32,351 nt of DNA from Chrysochromulina tobinii (Eukaryota). The position numbers and the translations under genes were made by a program. The notes below the pieces were generated by a model. That model saw nothing but the letters and a program-made list of their open reading frames with translations. It was not told the DNA's origin and did no database searches. The number at the start of each line of letters is the position of its first letter. Position 1 is the stretch's first letter. Shown piece by piece: positions 1 to 12,000 of the stretch. Location: positions 1 to 32,351 of the forward strand of contig JWZX01003326.1 of the NCBI GenBank assembly GCA_001275005.1, in the 5' to 3' direction.

Positions 1-553
1 CCTCTTCTGACTTCTGAAACGACGGGTGCCTCGGCCGATCGCTACGTTGCGGGCCCAAGCCCCCCAAACACAGGCTCCACGATACAGTTATTGTGCGTCC
101 GCGTGTCCCGTGTGTCCCGTGTGTGTCCCGGCTCCCCCCGGTGTCTTTTTACCGGTAGGAAATTCCTAGTTGGAATCCTAGACGCGCTAAGACGCGCGGA
201 GTCCCCGAAGCATGCCGAAGTGTGAAGTGAAAAGGGAGTCCATGGGTCCCCGAGCTAGTGGTAACCGCATCCGTATGTACGCCGGCCCGGTGTCTTGGGT
301 GTCGAATTATGACCACTGTGGCTGTGAAGTCCAAATAGTCAACTTACAGTCTGAAAGTCTGTAGTCAAGGGTTCAAAAACTACGTTTCATGTCGGCATCA
401 AGGTATAAGCATGCTAGCAAGGTCAAGTCGAGCGACGTGTCGCCTCTTTGAATACCCTCCGCCCTCTCCATCGATTCCCGAAGAGAGCACGAGACGCGAG
501 AGCGCAAGAGTGAGTGTCGCACTGTCGCATTCAGCCTGTGGAGGCACCTGACT

Positions 554-680
554 TCAAGTCCAGTCAAGTAAAGTCAAGACTCAAGTCGAGGCTTCCTTTT
601 ACAGTACCGTTTACGGGTTTTCGGTCTTTTGTTTATGTACAATGTACGTGAAACTTGACTTGACTTGATACCTGACTTAA
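554..680. repeat. Degenerate (TCAAG)n array (554-588) and oppositely oriented (CTTGA)n array (654-680)
   Basis: TCAAGTCCAGTCAAGTAAAGTCAAGACTCAAGTCG and CTTGACTTGACTTGATACCTGACTTAA are read directly. Confidence 0.7.
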
Positions 681-823
681 CCTGTCCGGCCTGTCCTATG
701 TCTTTTAACCCCACCGATACAGCTGTGATGCACGTAGCTACTCACTCTTAGGAGTAGGGCTTTACCGCATGCAACTACAACTCCGCCGTCCGCCATCGAG
801 TCATCGCTGTGTATCCGCATTAA

Positions 824-2518
824 TCAAGTGCAATCATCGGGTGATCGCTGTATCCGCTGGTAGAGGCCGATGCCGATGACGCACAGCCCGAGCCCGGCGG
901 CCTTGAGCGTTGTGATCGTGTCGCTAAAGAGGATGACAGACGCCCCCACCGTGAGCACCTCCTTGAGAACCCCAAGCACCGAGAGCGTGAGTCCGGATGC
1001 GAGTTGCACCACGCGCAACTCGCACAGTAGCATGAGGAACGCGAGCATGCCCCCGCCTACCAGCAGCGCCAGCAGCGCCCCGAAGGCCATCTGAGGCTGA
1101 ACGGTGGACTCGTCGACGACGGCAGCGTCCATCTCGACCGACGACAAGCCTGCGGCGGCTGCACGACGTCCGAAGGTCTCCATTTCATCGTACTCGAGCA
1201 CGAGTGCGAGTGGCAAGAGCAGCGCCACGCCAAAAGGAGCGGTGCGCAAAGTCACCAGCAGCGGCGAGAGCGGCTCTAGTTGCTCCCTCGGTCCTCGCTG
1301 CGCGTCGACTGGCGCTTGCAGGAGCAGCTGCAGGGTGGCCCAGCGCAACCCGCTGCACAGCGCCGCAATGAGCACCATCACGACGCCCACCATGTGCTCT
1401 TGACGCTGCACAGCCTCCGCCGCGTGCTCGCCCGCCAACACCGCGCCACTGACCGCGCCACGTGACTCCATACCCAATCTTCGACCATCTCCGACCAGAG
1501 GGACCGGGACCTGGACCGGTGGCAAGTCGCCCCGCCAGGCCGCGGCGATCGCCCCGATCGCCAAGTCACCCGTGGCGGCGCCCGTGGCCACGCTCACCAC
1601 AACGCTCACCAAGCCGGCGGCGCCTCCGGCGGCGGGGGCGGTCTCGGCGGCGGCGGTCTCGACGGCGGCGGGCGCCTCGACTGAAGGGGGCGGCGAGTCG
1701 TAAGGCGCAGCGGCATCGACTGCGCCGCTCGTTACGGCTCTCGCTAAGCCCGGTTCATGCTTCGTCAACGGCTTCTGTGTCACATCGGCTGATGTGTGGG
1801 TGTGGGTGCTCGGCGGCAGCAGCTGCAATCCGCTAGTCCAGCCGACGGCTTCGCCACCCAGGCCAAGAGATGCCCACACACCGCGCTCGATCTCGATCTC
1901 GGCCCAGTCGGGCATGGCCCTCAGCTCTGGCCATTGCACCGCCGCGCTGATGAACCATCTGTCAAGCGGCAACGCGCCCAGGCAGATGCCCGACACGAGG
2001 AGCGCCACCACCGCGAGCAAGCTCGGTCGCCAGCTCACGAGGCCGAGGCATAAGCTGAAGCACAGTATCCATGCCGGCACCGAGCTCTTGACGATGATGT
2101 AGGTCGTCACCGTGACGTACATGAAGGACGCATTCGACAGCGCAATGTCCGTCGCCGTGGCACAACCCGCACACGCAAAGGCCACCCATGTTGTGTGCGT
2201 GTGCTTGATGGTGGGCAGCGAGCCCAGCTGAAGGCACAGCGTGAGCGCAGCGAGCACCGTCTTCATTGCAAGATGCGCCGCAGTCACCATGAGCGGAAAG
2301 CGGATGCGCGCCACGCCAAACGCCCACTTGTTGATGAAGATCAGCGCAGTGCTCGCCGTGTACCAGAGGAGCACGAAGGTGACGATGCTGCCGCGCTGCT
2401 GCGGCGGGGGGCGGCCTGGCGTGTCATGCTTTGCGCCGCGTCCGAGCAGCGTGTGCCCTTCGTCCTCCTCGTCCTCGTCCTCCTCGACCTCATCGATTTC
2501 CATTCTGTGTGTGCCCAT
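824..2518 (-). CDS. Nucleotide-sugar/triose-phosphate transporter family protein (SLC35C2/YMD8-like, DMT superfamily), 564 aa
   Basis: ATG at 2518 and an acidic N-terminus. About 10 hydrophobic helices with family motifs: WY..S..LIFINKW, FPLMVT..HL, ATATDIALSNASFMYVTVTTYIIVKSS, CSGLRWATLQLLLQ, LTLSVLGVLKEVLTV. A long low-complexity loop lies in the middle. Confidence 0.85.
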   Translation of the reverse strand: MGTHRMEIDEVEEDEDEEDEGHTLLGRGAKHDTPGRPPPQQRGSIVTFVLLWYTASTALIFINKWAFGVARIRFPLMVTAAHLAMKTVLAALTLCLQLGSLPTIKHTHTTWVAFACAGCATATDIALSNASFMYVTVTTYIIVKSSVPAWILCFSLCLGLVSWRPSLLAVVALLVSGICLGALPLDRWFISAAVQWPELRAMPDWAEIEIERGVWASLGLGGEAVGWTSGLQLLPPSTHTHTSADVTQKPLTKHEPGLARAVTSGAVDAAAPYDSPPPSVEAPAAVETAAAETAPAAGGAAGLVSVVVSVATGAATGDLAIGAIAAAWRGDLPPVQVPVPLVGDGRRLGMESRGAVSGAVLAGEHAAEAVQRQEHMVGVVMVLIAALCSGLRWATLQLLLQAPVDAQRGPREQLEPLSPLLVTLRTAPFGVALLLPLALVLEYDEMETFGRRAAAAGLSSVEMDAAVVDESTVQPQMAFGALLALLVGGGMLAFLMLLCELRVVQLASGLTLSVLGVLKEVLTVGASVILFSDTITTLKAAGLGLCVIGIGLYQRIQRSPDDCT

Positions 2519-2890
2519 CGATCGATCGACGCTATCTAGCCAGCGCTACGCTGTTGATCTGGCGGGCGGACACCAAACGGACAGTGCAAGGGGGCCCGGG
2601 ATGAGACAGGGCTTGCGATGTGCACGAAAACTTGCGACAACGAGTTGTCAGAAAGACAGACACAAACACCCCTCCAATGGGAATGTATGTAACAAAATTG
2701 CATGCATTCACCAATATGATTCATCGCACCGGCCGGGGTCGAAGGCCCTTACGCTGCACGAAGTGCTCACAAAAAAGACGTTGCACGAACTTCTCTTGCG
2801 AATGAGTACAAGCTAACGCGCGAGGAAATAAGGAGGAAACGAAGCTCGAAGGAAACGTCCGAGGTCGGGCGGCGGGGTTACATTGGACTT

Positions 2891-2959
2891 GTCTGTCGAG
2901 GTCTGTCGAGGTCTGTCAAGTTTCTCTCGAGGTCTGACGTCTGTCGAGGTCTGTCGAGG
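2891..2959. repeat. (GTCTGTCGAG)n 10-nt tandem array in the divergent intergenic region
   Basis: About 6-7 partly degenerate copies, ending ~115 nt upstream of the ATG at 3074. Confidence 0.8.
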
Positions 2960-3073
2960 CCACAGGGCTCAAGCAAACCAAGGGGCTGGGAGCCCCTTGA
3001 GCAAACCTTTCCTCTCTTCACGAGGCTTTTTGAGTGATCGCTTTTTTCGTTTCAAAAGTCGACTCAACGCCCA

Positions 3074-6000
3074 ATGCGCAAGGCCGAGACGTCCTCGTCC
3101 ATCGAGGTGCACTCGCTCGTGCGCGACCTGAAGAATGCGCCGCAAGAGCATAAAGCGCGAGCTGCCAAGCGGCTGTGTGTGCTGGTGAGCAACCAAGAGG
3201 ATGATGCCAGCGCCGTCGCCCTCGGCGTGGGCGTGCTGCCTGTGCTGATCGGGATGCTGAGCTCCGGCACCGACGGTGGCCAGCTGTACGCGTCCAGCTG
3301 CCTGGCGAGCCTCGCGGCGGCGGGTCACTCGGCCGTCATCGTAAAGGGCGGCGCAATCGGCCCGCTGGTGCAGGTGCTCAAGGTCGGCTCCATGGGAGCT
3401 GTGGCCGCCGCAGCGAGTGCACTGCTCGGGCTCTCGGAGGAGCACGCGCCCGAGCTGATCAAGACGAACGTGACTGCACCCTTCGTGCGCCTGCTCAAGC
3501 AGGGCAACACGGATGCCAGGGAGCACATCGCCTCCATGATCGCCAACTTGTCGCGCGCAAGCTTCGATGCGGAGGCGGCCTTCGTTGGCGCGGGTGCCGT
3601 CGAGGAATTGCTTCGAATGCTCTCGAGCGCCAAGACGTGCAACACCGCCGCGTGGGCGATCGCGAGCCTTTGCAGCTGCTCAGAGCACGTCGAAGCCATC
3701 AGTGCCGCTGGCGGTATCGCCAAGCTGCTCGAGCTGCTGAACACGTCGATCAATACGACGTCGCAGGTGGCGGCGGCCGCGGCCGTATCGAATCTCGCGC
3801 GTGACCACCCGCCGACGCAAACGGCGATCGCCAAGGCGGGTGGCATCGGGCCGCTCCTCGCACTGCTCGCGAGCCGCAGCCCACAGGCGCAGGCGCAGGC
3901 GGCCGAGGCCGTCGGACGGCTCTGCGCGCATCACCGCGACAATCAGGACGCGGTCGGAAGAATGGGAGGGGTCCCCTCACTTGCGGGGCTGCTGGCGTCG
4001 GGCACGCTGCCGGTGCAGGCGATGGCGGCCTTCGCCGTGTGCGAGGCGTGCCGAGGGCACGCCGACAACCAAACGGCCTTCACTGAGCTCGGAGGCATCT
4101 CGAATCTCGTCATGCTCCTGCGCCAGGCCACCTCGCATGTGGCGAGCGGAGTAGCCAGCACCACTACGTCGGACGGCTTCGTCGGACTGCGGCTGAACGC
4201 GGCGTCCGCGGCCGAAGACTTCGAGGCCGCCCGCACCGCGCACTACGAGGCGATCCGTGTCGAGACGGCCGGTGCCCTTTGGATCCTGTCGGAGGCGAGC
4301 GAGGCGAACCGCGTGTCGATCGCCGCCTCGGGCGCCCTTGCGCCGCTTGCGGCGCTGCTCGCGAGCGGCGGCGCGCGCGGCCGGGTGCATGCAACGCATG
4401 CACTCGCGCATCTGGCCATCGAGAATGCGGCGAATCAGCATGGGGTGACCACACTACTCGTGGGGCTGCTCGCTCCGTCCTCAGCGGTCGAGGCGCGAAA
4501 GGCCGCCGCGGAGCTGCTGTGGCGGCTCGTACGAGAGAACGATGCAAGCGTTGAGATCATCGCGGCGGCCAGCAGCGCGAGTGAGCTGGTCGAGTTGCTC
4601 AAGACGAGTGACGCCGACGCACGCGCCTTTGCGCTGTGGGCGCTTTCGCTCGCGATCGACGGCACGAAGCAGGCCACGGTTCTTGAGGTCGGAGGCGTGG
4701 CGCCACTGCTCGCCGTGCTTCGTACGAGTGGCTCGCTGCAACGCGAGCAGGCGGCGGCCGCGCTGGCACGGCTCGCGAACGGCTCGGCGGCCGCGCAGGC
4801 GGCGATCGCGGCCGAGGGAGGTATCTCGCCGCTCCTGAACATTGTCGAGGGCGTCAACTGCCGCGATGGCAAGGAGACGGCTGCGGCGCGTGTGCACGCA
4901 GCGAGCGCAATCGCCTCTCTCGCTCGCCTCGCAGCCAACCGCGACACCATCGTCGAGTCGGGCGGCATCACGCCGCTCGTCGCGCTGCTCAACGATGGTG
5001 AGGACGCGGCCAAGACTGGCGCGGCCGCGGCCCTCGCATGTATCGCTGTGGCCAACGCGAGCACCCCTGGTGCCATCGCGCAATCTGGGGGCCATCTCGC
5101 CCCTCGTGTCGCTGCTCACGGGCGAGCACGGCGCGGCGGCGCAGGAGGCCGCGGCGGGGGCTCTGCATGCGCTCGCGCACGACGCAGACAACCGGATCGC
5201 CATCGCCGAGGCGGGCGCGATAGGTCACCTCGTGCTCTTGCTCGGCTCCGCCAACCCATTGACGAGCGAGTTCGCCGAGGGCGCGCTCGTCCGCCTCTCG
5301 ATTGAGAATAGCAACCGAGAGCTGATCATTCACAAGCTCGTGGGCATGCTGTATGACAAGGGCAGCGAGGCGGGTGGAGAGGAGCAAGCGGCTGCCGCCC
5401 TCGCCAACCTCGCATCCGATTCGGACGCCAACCGCGATTCGATCGTCGAAGCGGGCGGCATCGCACCTTTGCTGTCCCTCCTCGAGACTTCGTCGTCTAC
5501 GAAGGCCAAAGAGAGGGCGATCGGGGCCATCTCGCAGCTCGCCTCGCGCCGCACGATCCAGAAGGAGATCGCCAAGGCAGGCGGCATCCCGCTGCTGGCG
5601 AGCGTGATCATTGCGTCCCAGTCGAATGGCAAGCAGGAGAAGGGGGCCGACATTGGGATCGCATCGAAGCTCTACGCACTCGCCGCCTTTGCCGCGTCGC
5701 AACTCGCCAAGGGCAACCGGCTCAACCAGACTGCGCTCGCCGACGCGGGCGCCATCCAACCGCTCGTCGCGATGCTCGGCTCGCCGAATTCTGACATGCA
5801 GGCCAACGCGGCGTGCGCGCTCGGCACCCTGGCCGAGGCGCACGCTGACAACCAGGCGGCGATTGCGCGGACGGGTGCCATCGCGCCGCTCACGTCCCTC
5901 GTGCGCGAGGGCGCGCCGCTCGTCAAGGAGATGTGCGCCGGCGCGCTCTGGGCGGTGTGTGATGACCATGCGCCCAATAAGTCCACCGTGACGAAACTTG

Positions 6001-9000
6001 GCGGCGTCGAGCCGCTCGTCGGTCTGCTGGTGAGCGGCGGCACCGAAGCGTCGCTGATCGCGTCCGTTGGCGCGCTCGTGTCGCTCGCGACCAAGCACCC
6101 GGAGAACCGCGAGGCGATCGCAAAGCTGCTGGTGGCCCGGCTGTCGAGCCGAGTGGCAATGGCGGGCGCGGGCGCCGTGCGTATGCTCCGGGCCGTCGGC
6201 ATGGTGTGCGATGAGGGCGCGTACCCCGCGAATCAGCTCGCCCTCGCCAAGGCGGGCGGCTTGCCGTCCCTCATAGCGTGGCTGTCGGGCAGCGCCGATG
6301 CGCGCTGGCTCGGGGGCAATCCGGATGCACAGCGCGAGGCGGCGCACGCCGTGCTCTCGATCGTGGCGAACAACGCCACACTGCAGGCAGCCATCGTGCA
6401 GCTCGATGCCATCCCTCCTCTGATTGAGCTCATCATCAAGGCCGAGCAGCAGGCGCAAGCCTACGCCGCACGCACGCTCTTCCATCTGGCCGCCACGCTC
6501 GAAGGCGTCGAGGCGATCGAGGCGGCGGGTGGCGTGGCGCCGCTTGTGCACCTGCTCTCGTCAGAGCATCCCCACCTCGTCGACGTGGGCGCCGTCGTCA
6601 TCTCACGCCTGACGACGTTCTCGGCGCATGCGGTGGCGGTCGCGGGCGGCATCGCACCACTCACGAAGCTGATCTCGATGGGCAGCCACGCCGCGCAGCA
6701 GCACGCGGCGTCGGCGCTGGCCGACATTGGCTCAGTGCCCGCGCATCGCGACGCCATCGCCTTTGGCGCGGAGGGCTCGATCCAGGCGCTCGTGCATCTG
6801 CTCGGTAGCCACGTGGCCGGTACGCCTGAGGTGGCGGCGCGTGCGCTGTCGCAGCTGGCGCGTGACGAAGCCGAGTGCGCCAACGACGGCGGCGTCAAGG
6901 CCATGGAGGCATCCGTGGAGGCGGCGAGCGGCGCGAAGCCTGGCGCGGCTCGTCGGCAGCTCATCCTCGCGTGCGGGGGCATCGACCGGCTGATCGCGAT
7001 GCTCTGGGCCATCCCAAATAAGGGTCTCGCACGGCGTATGTGGGACCTGATCTCGTCCATTGTCGGCTCCAAAGACAGCATCGAGGTGTTGAACGGCGAG
7101 ACCAACTCGATTTTGGATATGCAGAGCGTGGCGATCGCCGCCATGGTCAAGGCACGTGCCACTGAGAAGGCCGCGCTCGCCCAGAAGGTCGAGAAGCAGC
7201 AGCAGCATCGTGCCCAACACGCCGTGCCCGACAAGGAGCGCGTATCGGACAAGGGGAGTCCGTCGCAGAAGCGCTGGCAGGCCATTGCCAACGCTGCGAG
7301 TCCCTCGCGTACCGACGCGGCGCAGCAGCAAGCGCAGCAGCGTGAGGTCGTGGAGGCGCGCGAGGAAGCCGCTCTGGCGCTCGCCGATCTGGCGTACGGT
7401 GACAGCGCGATGCAGAGCGCCATTCTCGCCGCGGGCGGCGTGCCGCCTCTGCTGCGCCTGATCCGCGAGGGCTCGGCCGCCTCGCAAGAGGCGGCCTCCC
7501 GTGCCATCTGGCATCTGTGCGCATCGCTCGAGAGCCAAGGTGTGCTCGTGGCGTGCGGTGCGGTCGAGGAGCTCGTCGCGCTCAGCAGGAATGGCTCACC
7601 CGCCGCGCAGGACACGGCGGCGGCAGTCATCTCAGACCTCGCAAAGGGCGCCATCCTCGAACGTGAACGGCGAGCACGCGACTCGGGCATCGGGCTCGAG
7701 TCGATGCTGGCGGATGAGACGACAGATCCTGAGGAGAGCCTACCACCACCAGCCTCGCCCCTGCCACCAGTGCCGATCCCGCCGCTGGCGCTCCAGCCCT
7801 CAATGAAATCCGTCTTCCACGGCGAGGCACCGCTCCTGCCTTCGCCCATCGCGCAGGCCCCGAGCGAGGTTTTGTTGGGCTCGGCGCAGAGCACTGCCAG
7901 CACTGATTGGAAGCCGCCTCCCGGCGACAGGCTGAACGCAATCGCAGCGGCGGGCGGCATCGTGCCGCTGGTGAGCCTGGTGCAGTCGGGCAGCCAAGCC
8001 GGTAAGGAGCGCGCCGCCTCGGCGCTGTGGCACCTGGCCAACGACCCATCCAGCCAAGTGGCGATCGCCAAGGCGGGCGGCATCGCGCCTCTGGTTCAGC
8101 TCCTTGACGACGGCACGTTGCAAGGCACCATCTTTGCGGCGGATGCACTCACCCACCTCGCACGCGGCCATGCTGACAACCAGGCGGCCATCGCGAAGAA
8201 GCTCGTCGGGCTCCTCGAGGTCGACCGACCCGACGGAACGCTGCGGCGCGCGGCGCGCGCGCTCTGGAAGCTCGCCGACGAGAACGAGGGCGCCCCCGTC
8301 CGCGTGGTCAATGCGGGTGCCATCTCGCCACTCGTCGCACTTCTAGGCTCAGGCTCGATGGAGGCCAAGAGTGAGGCCGTCGGCGCGCTCACCTGCCTGG
8401 CCACCAACGACCCGAAGAGCCAACTCGCGATCGCGACTGGGCTGGTCGCGCTGCTTGGCTCTGGAACGGCCGAGTCGCAGGAGCATGTCACGTGCATGCT
8501 CCTCGGCCTGTCCGAGCAGCCGGACAACCTGCGCGCGATTGCCCACGCGGGCGCGGTGCAACGGCTGATCGTGCAGCTGCGCGGCGGCGGCGCCCTTGAG
8601 GCCGCTTCGGCACGTACCAGCCTGCGTGCGCAGGAGCTCGGCGCTCAAGTGCTCCTGCGCCTGTCCCGGGACGACGAGGCCAACGCCCACGCCATCGTGG
8701 CGCACGGCGGCCTTCGCTACCTCGTGGCACTGCTGAGCGCGGAGAGCGAGGAGGCGCAGGTGAACGCCGCGGACGTCCTGTGCGACGTGGCGCGCCGCTC
8801 GACCGAGATCCAATCTCGAGTGGCAGCCGAGGGAGCGGTCGAGATCCTTGTGAAACTCTTGAGCGCCACTGGACCCCTCCGGGCACGGACCGCCGCGGCG
8901 GGTGCACTCTGGAGCCTCTCGGTCGGTCATGCGGCCATCCAAGCGGCCGTCACCGCCGCTGGAGCGATCCCCGAGCTCGTGCAGCTGCTGTGCACCGACG

Positions 9001-12000
9001 ACGCAGGCGCGCAGCGCCAGGCGGCCGTTGCCCTCGCTGCGCTGGCTGTCGGAGGACACTCGATCCAGGGCAGTATCACGCGCGCGGGGGGCATAGAGCC
9101 CCTCGTCCGTCTGCTCGATGCGGCGGCGGCCCGCACCCAAGGCAGCACCGCGGCCCAAGCCGCGACCGCGCTGGCGGCGCTCGTGGCGAACCATCCCGCA
9201 AACCAGGCGGCCGTCGCCGCCGCGGGCGGCATCGAGCCGCTCGTGGCCATCATTCGCGACGCGGGCGCAGAGGACGCCAAGGAGGAGGCAGCGACAGCCC
9301 TGTGGGCGCTCACGGCCAGCCATCCGCCCAATCAGACCGCCTCGGCCGAGGCGGGCGCGATCGTGCCGCTCATCGCCATGCTTGGAGCGGGAGGCACGCG
9401 TGCGCAGGCGCAGGCTGCGAGCGCACTCGCCTCGATGGCCCTCGGGCACAGCACCAACCAAAGCGAGATCGCGAGCATGCTCGTGCAGCTGCTCAATGCG
9501 GAAGGAGAGGTGGACGAGAGCAAGGGCACGAAGGCCGCCCGCGCTATTTCCCGGCTTGCGCGCGCGCACGAGGCCAACCAAGCGGCCCTCGCGGCTCACG
9601 GCGCCCTCGTGTCGCTCGTGCGCCTGCTACGATGCACATGCCTCGACTACCTGCCCGACGGCGTCACAGCCGCGCTAGGCTCACTCCGCGCGTGCCGCGA
9701 AGTGATGATTGTTGGGGGCACGCCCATCGCCACGCCGCTGCACACACCGCTGCACACGCCGCTGCACACGCCGCTGCACACGCCGCGCTCCCTCAGCAGC
9801 AATCTCCTGCGGCGCGAGATCGCATGCGCACTCTGGAGCATGGCGGATGGCTCGTCCGCCAACCAGGAGGCTATCGCCGCTGAGGGCGGCGTGCCGCTGC
9901 TCATACGCGCTGCTCAGCAAGGACTTTGAGGCGGCAGTGCAACGGGAGGCCGCCGGAGCCCTATGGTCCTTGGCCTCGCAGCTGCCCGCCATCCAGCGGC
10001 GCATTGCGGACTCGGGCGGACTGGCGCCTCTCGTGGGTCTGCTGTCGAGCAGCCACGTGCCCACTCAAGAGACCGCCGCGGGTGCACTTTATAGCCTCGC
10101 ATCCCTCGCGACGAACCGGACCATCATCGCTGAGGTCAAGGGCGTTGCGGCGCTCGTGGGAGTTGTCGAGCGTGGCTCCGCCCAAGGACGGGAGCAGGCC
10201 GCTGGAGCGCTGCTCACTCTTGTGCAGGCCAACTCCGCCAACCAAAGCGCCGTGTCGAGCGAGCTGGTTGCCAAATTGGGCGAGGGCTCGAAGGCGACGG
10301 CCGAGGCGCAGGGCGAGATGACGAATCTGGTGCACCGACTCTCGCTCGACTCGAACAATCGCGCCGCACTCGCAAAGGCCGGCGCTATCCCTGCGCTGGC
10401 CCTTCAGATGCAGAAGGCTGCCAAGGCGGGCGCGCCCGGCGCGCCGCGCACCATGGTCGCCGCCGCGGCGGCCCTCGCGCAGATTGCGCTCAGGTCGCCG
10501 CAGGTGCGGATTCAGGTGACGGCGCAGCTCATCTCACTGCTCGGCGCGCCCGAGCCCGAGGTTCGTCAATGCGCCTCGTCCACCCTGCGCGAGATGGCCG
10601 CCGAGGGCAGCGCCGAGTCGCAGGTGACGGTGGCCACGATGCCCGGCGGTATCGAGCGCATCGTCGCGCTGCTGCGCGAGGGCTCTGTCGAGGCGCAAGA
10701 GTACACGCTCTGGATGCTCGCGGTGATGACGGACGCGGCCTCCAAGAGCTCGATCGCGCACTCCCCATGCACGCGCGCCGTCGTCGAAGTCTTCCGCAAA
10801 AGCTCCGCTGCAGCGGCGAGCGCCGCCGCGGGCAAGGAGCTCCTACCCGAGGGCGCCGTGCTGAGCGCCCTCGCGCAAGAGCACGCGGCGGCGGTGCTCG
10901 CGCTCCTCGCCTCCGACATCCCGGGCGTCGATGAGGAGGTTCGGTCGCGCAACTCGCTCGAAATCTCCGCGTCAGGCGGCATTCGGCCGATGGTGAGGCT
11001 GCTGCGTGACGGGACCGACGGCGCCAAGAGGCACAGCGCCACGGCGCTCACGCAGCTCGCGTGCGGCCCGATGGGGCGCTCGAGCAGCATGCAGATCGAG
11101 ATGGCACGCGCGGGCGCAACGGCCGCCTTCGGCGCGTGGCTTCGCGAGCCGTCGCTCGGCCCTCCAGAGCTCGCAGCGCAGGCGCTCGCCTGCATCGCCA
11201 ACCGCAATGCAGACACGCAGACTCTCATTGCGGAGGAGGGCGCCATCCCGCCGCTCGTGGCGATGCTGCAGGCAGCGGAGCCCTCTGACGAGGCGCAGCG
11301 CTGGGCGGCGAGCGCACTCGCGGCGCTCGCGCAGGACCATCCGGTCAACCAGATCACCATCGCGGAGGAAGGAGCCATCGGTGCGCTCGTTGATCTTCTC
11401 AAGTGCCCCACGTCGGGCGCCGCGCACGAGAATGCGACGCGCGTACTCTGGCACCTGGCAGCCGACACCGACAACCAGTTGAGCGTCGCACGCGCGGGCG
11501 GGCTGGCGCCGCTGGTCGCGATGCTCTCGGCCGAGGCGCCCAAGACACAGGAATGGGCTGCGGCGGCCCTCTCCGCCCTCTCGCTCGACTGCGCCGAAAA
11601 TCAAGTGGCCATCGCACGAGCTGGCGCGATCCCAAGACTCGTGTCGCTCATCGGCTCGCCCAGTGACGAAACCCAGCTCTACGCGCAGGCGGCGCTCGTG
11701 CTCATGGCCAGCTCGTGCCCGCAGACGCGCTGCGCCGTGGTTCAGCCCCTCGTTGAGCTGCTCGATGAGTACCGGCTCGCGACGGCGCAGATGAAGGCTG
11801 CGGAGACGCTCTCGATGCTCGCAGCACGCTCGACCGCCAACCGCACGGCGATTGCCCAGGCGGGCGCCATCGCGCCGCTCGTGCGGCTGCTCGGCGACGG
11901 CACGAACGCGAACAAATCCCAGATCTCCGCCGCGGCCACCTTGGCCGACCTAGCACGCGCGGCCTCGGACCGCGCGGCGATCGCAAGTGCGGGTGGCGTC

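Noticed and set aside
149..567. Two short minus-strand ORFs (61 and 64 aa)
   Set aside because: Non-ATG starts and intergenic-like composition; no recognisable product.
9702..9799. Possible intron GTGATG...CTCAG/CAGCAG that might explain the second frameshift
   Set aside because: Lengths of 95 or 98 nt would put the following ARM repeat (RREIACALWSMA) out of frame; the shift lies ~100 nt further downstream.
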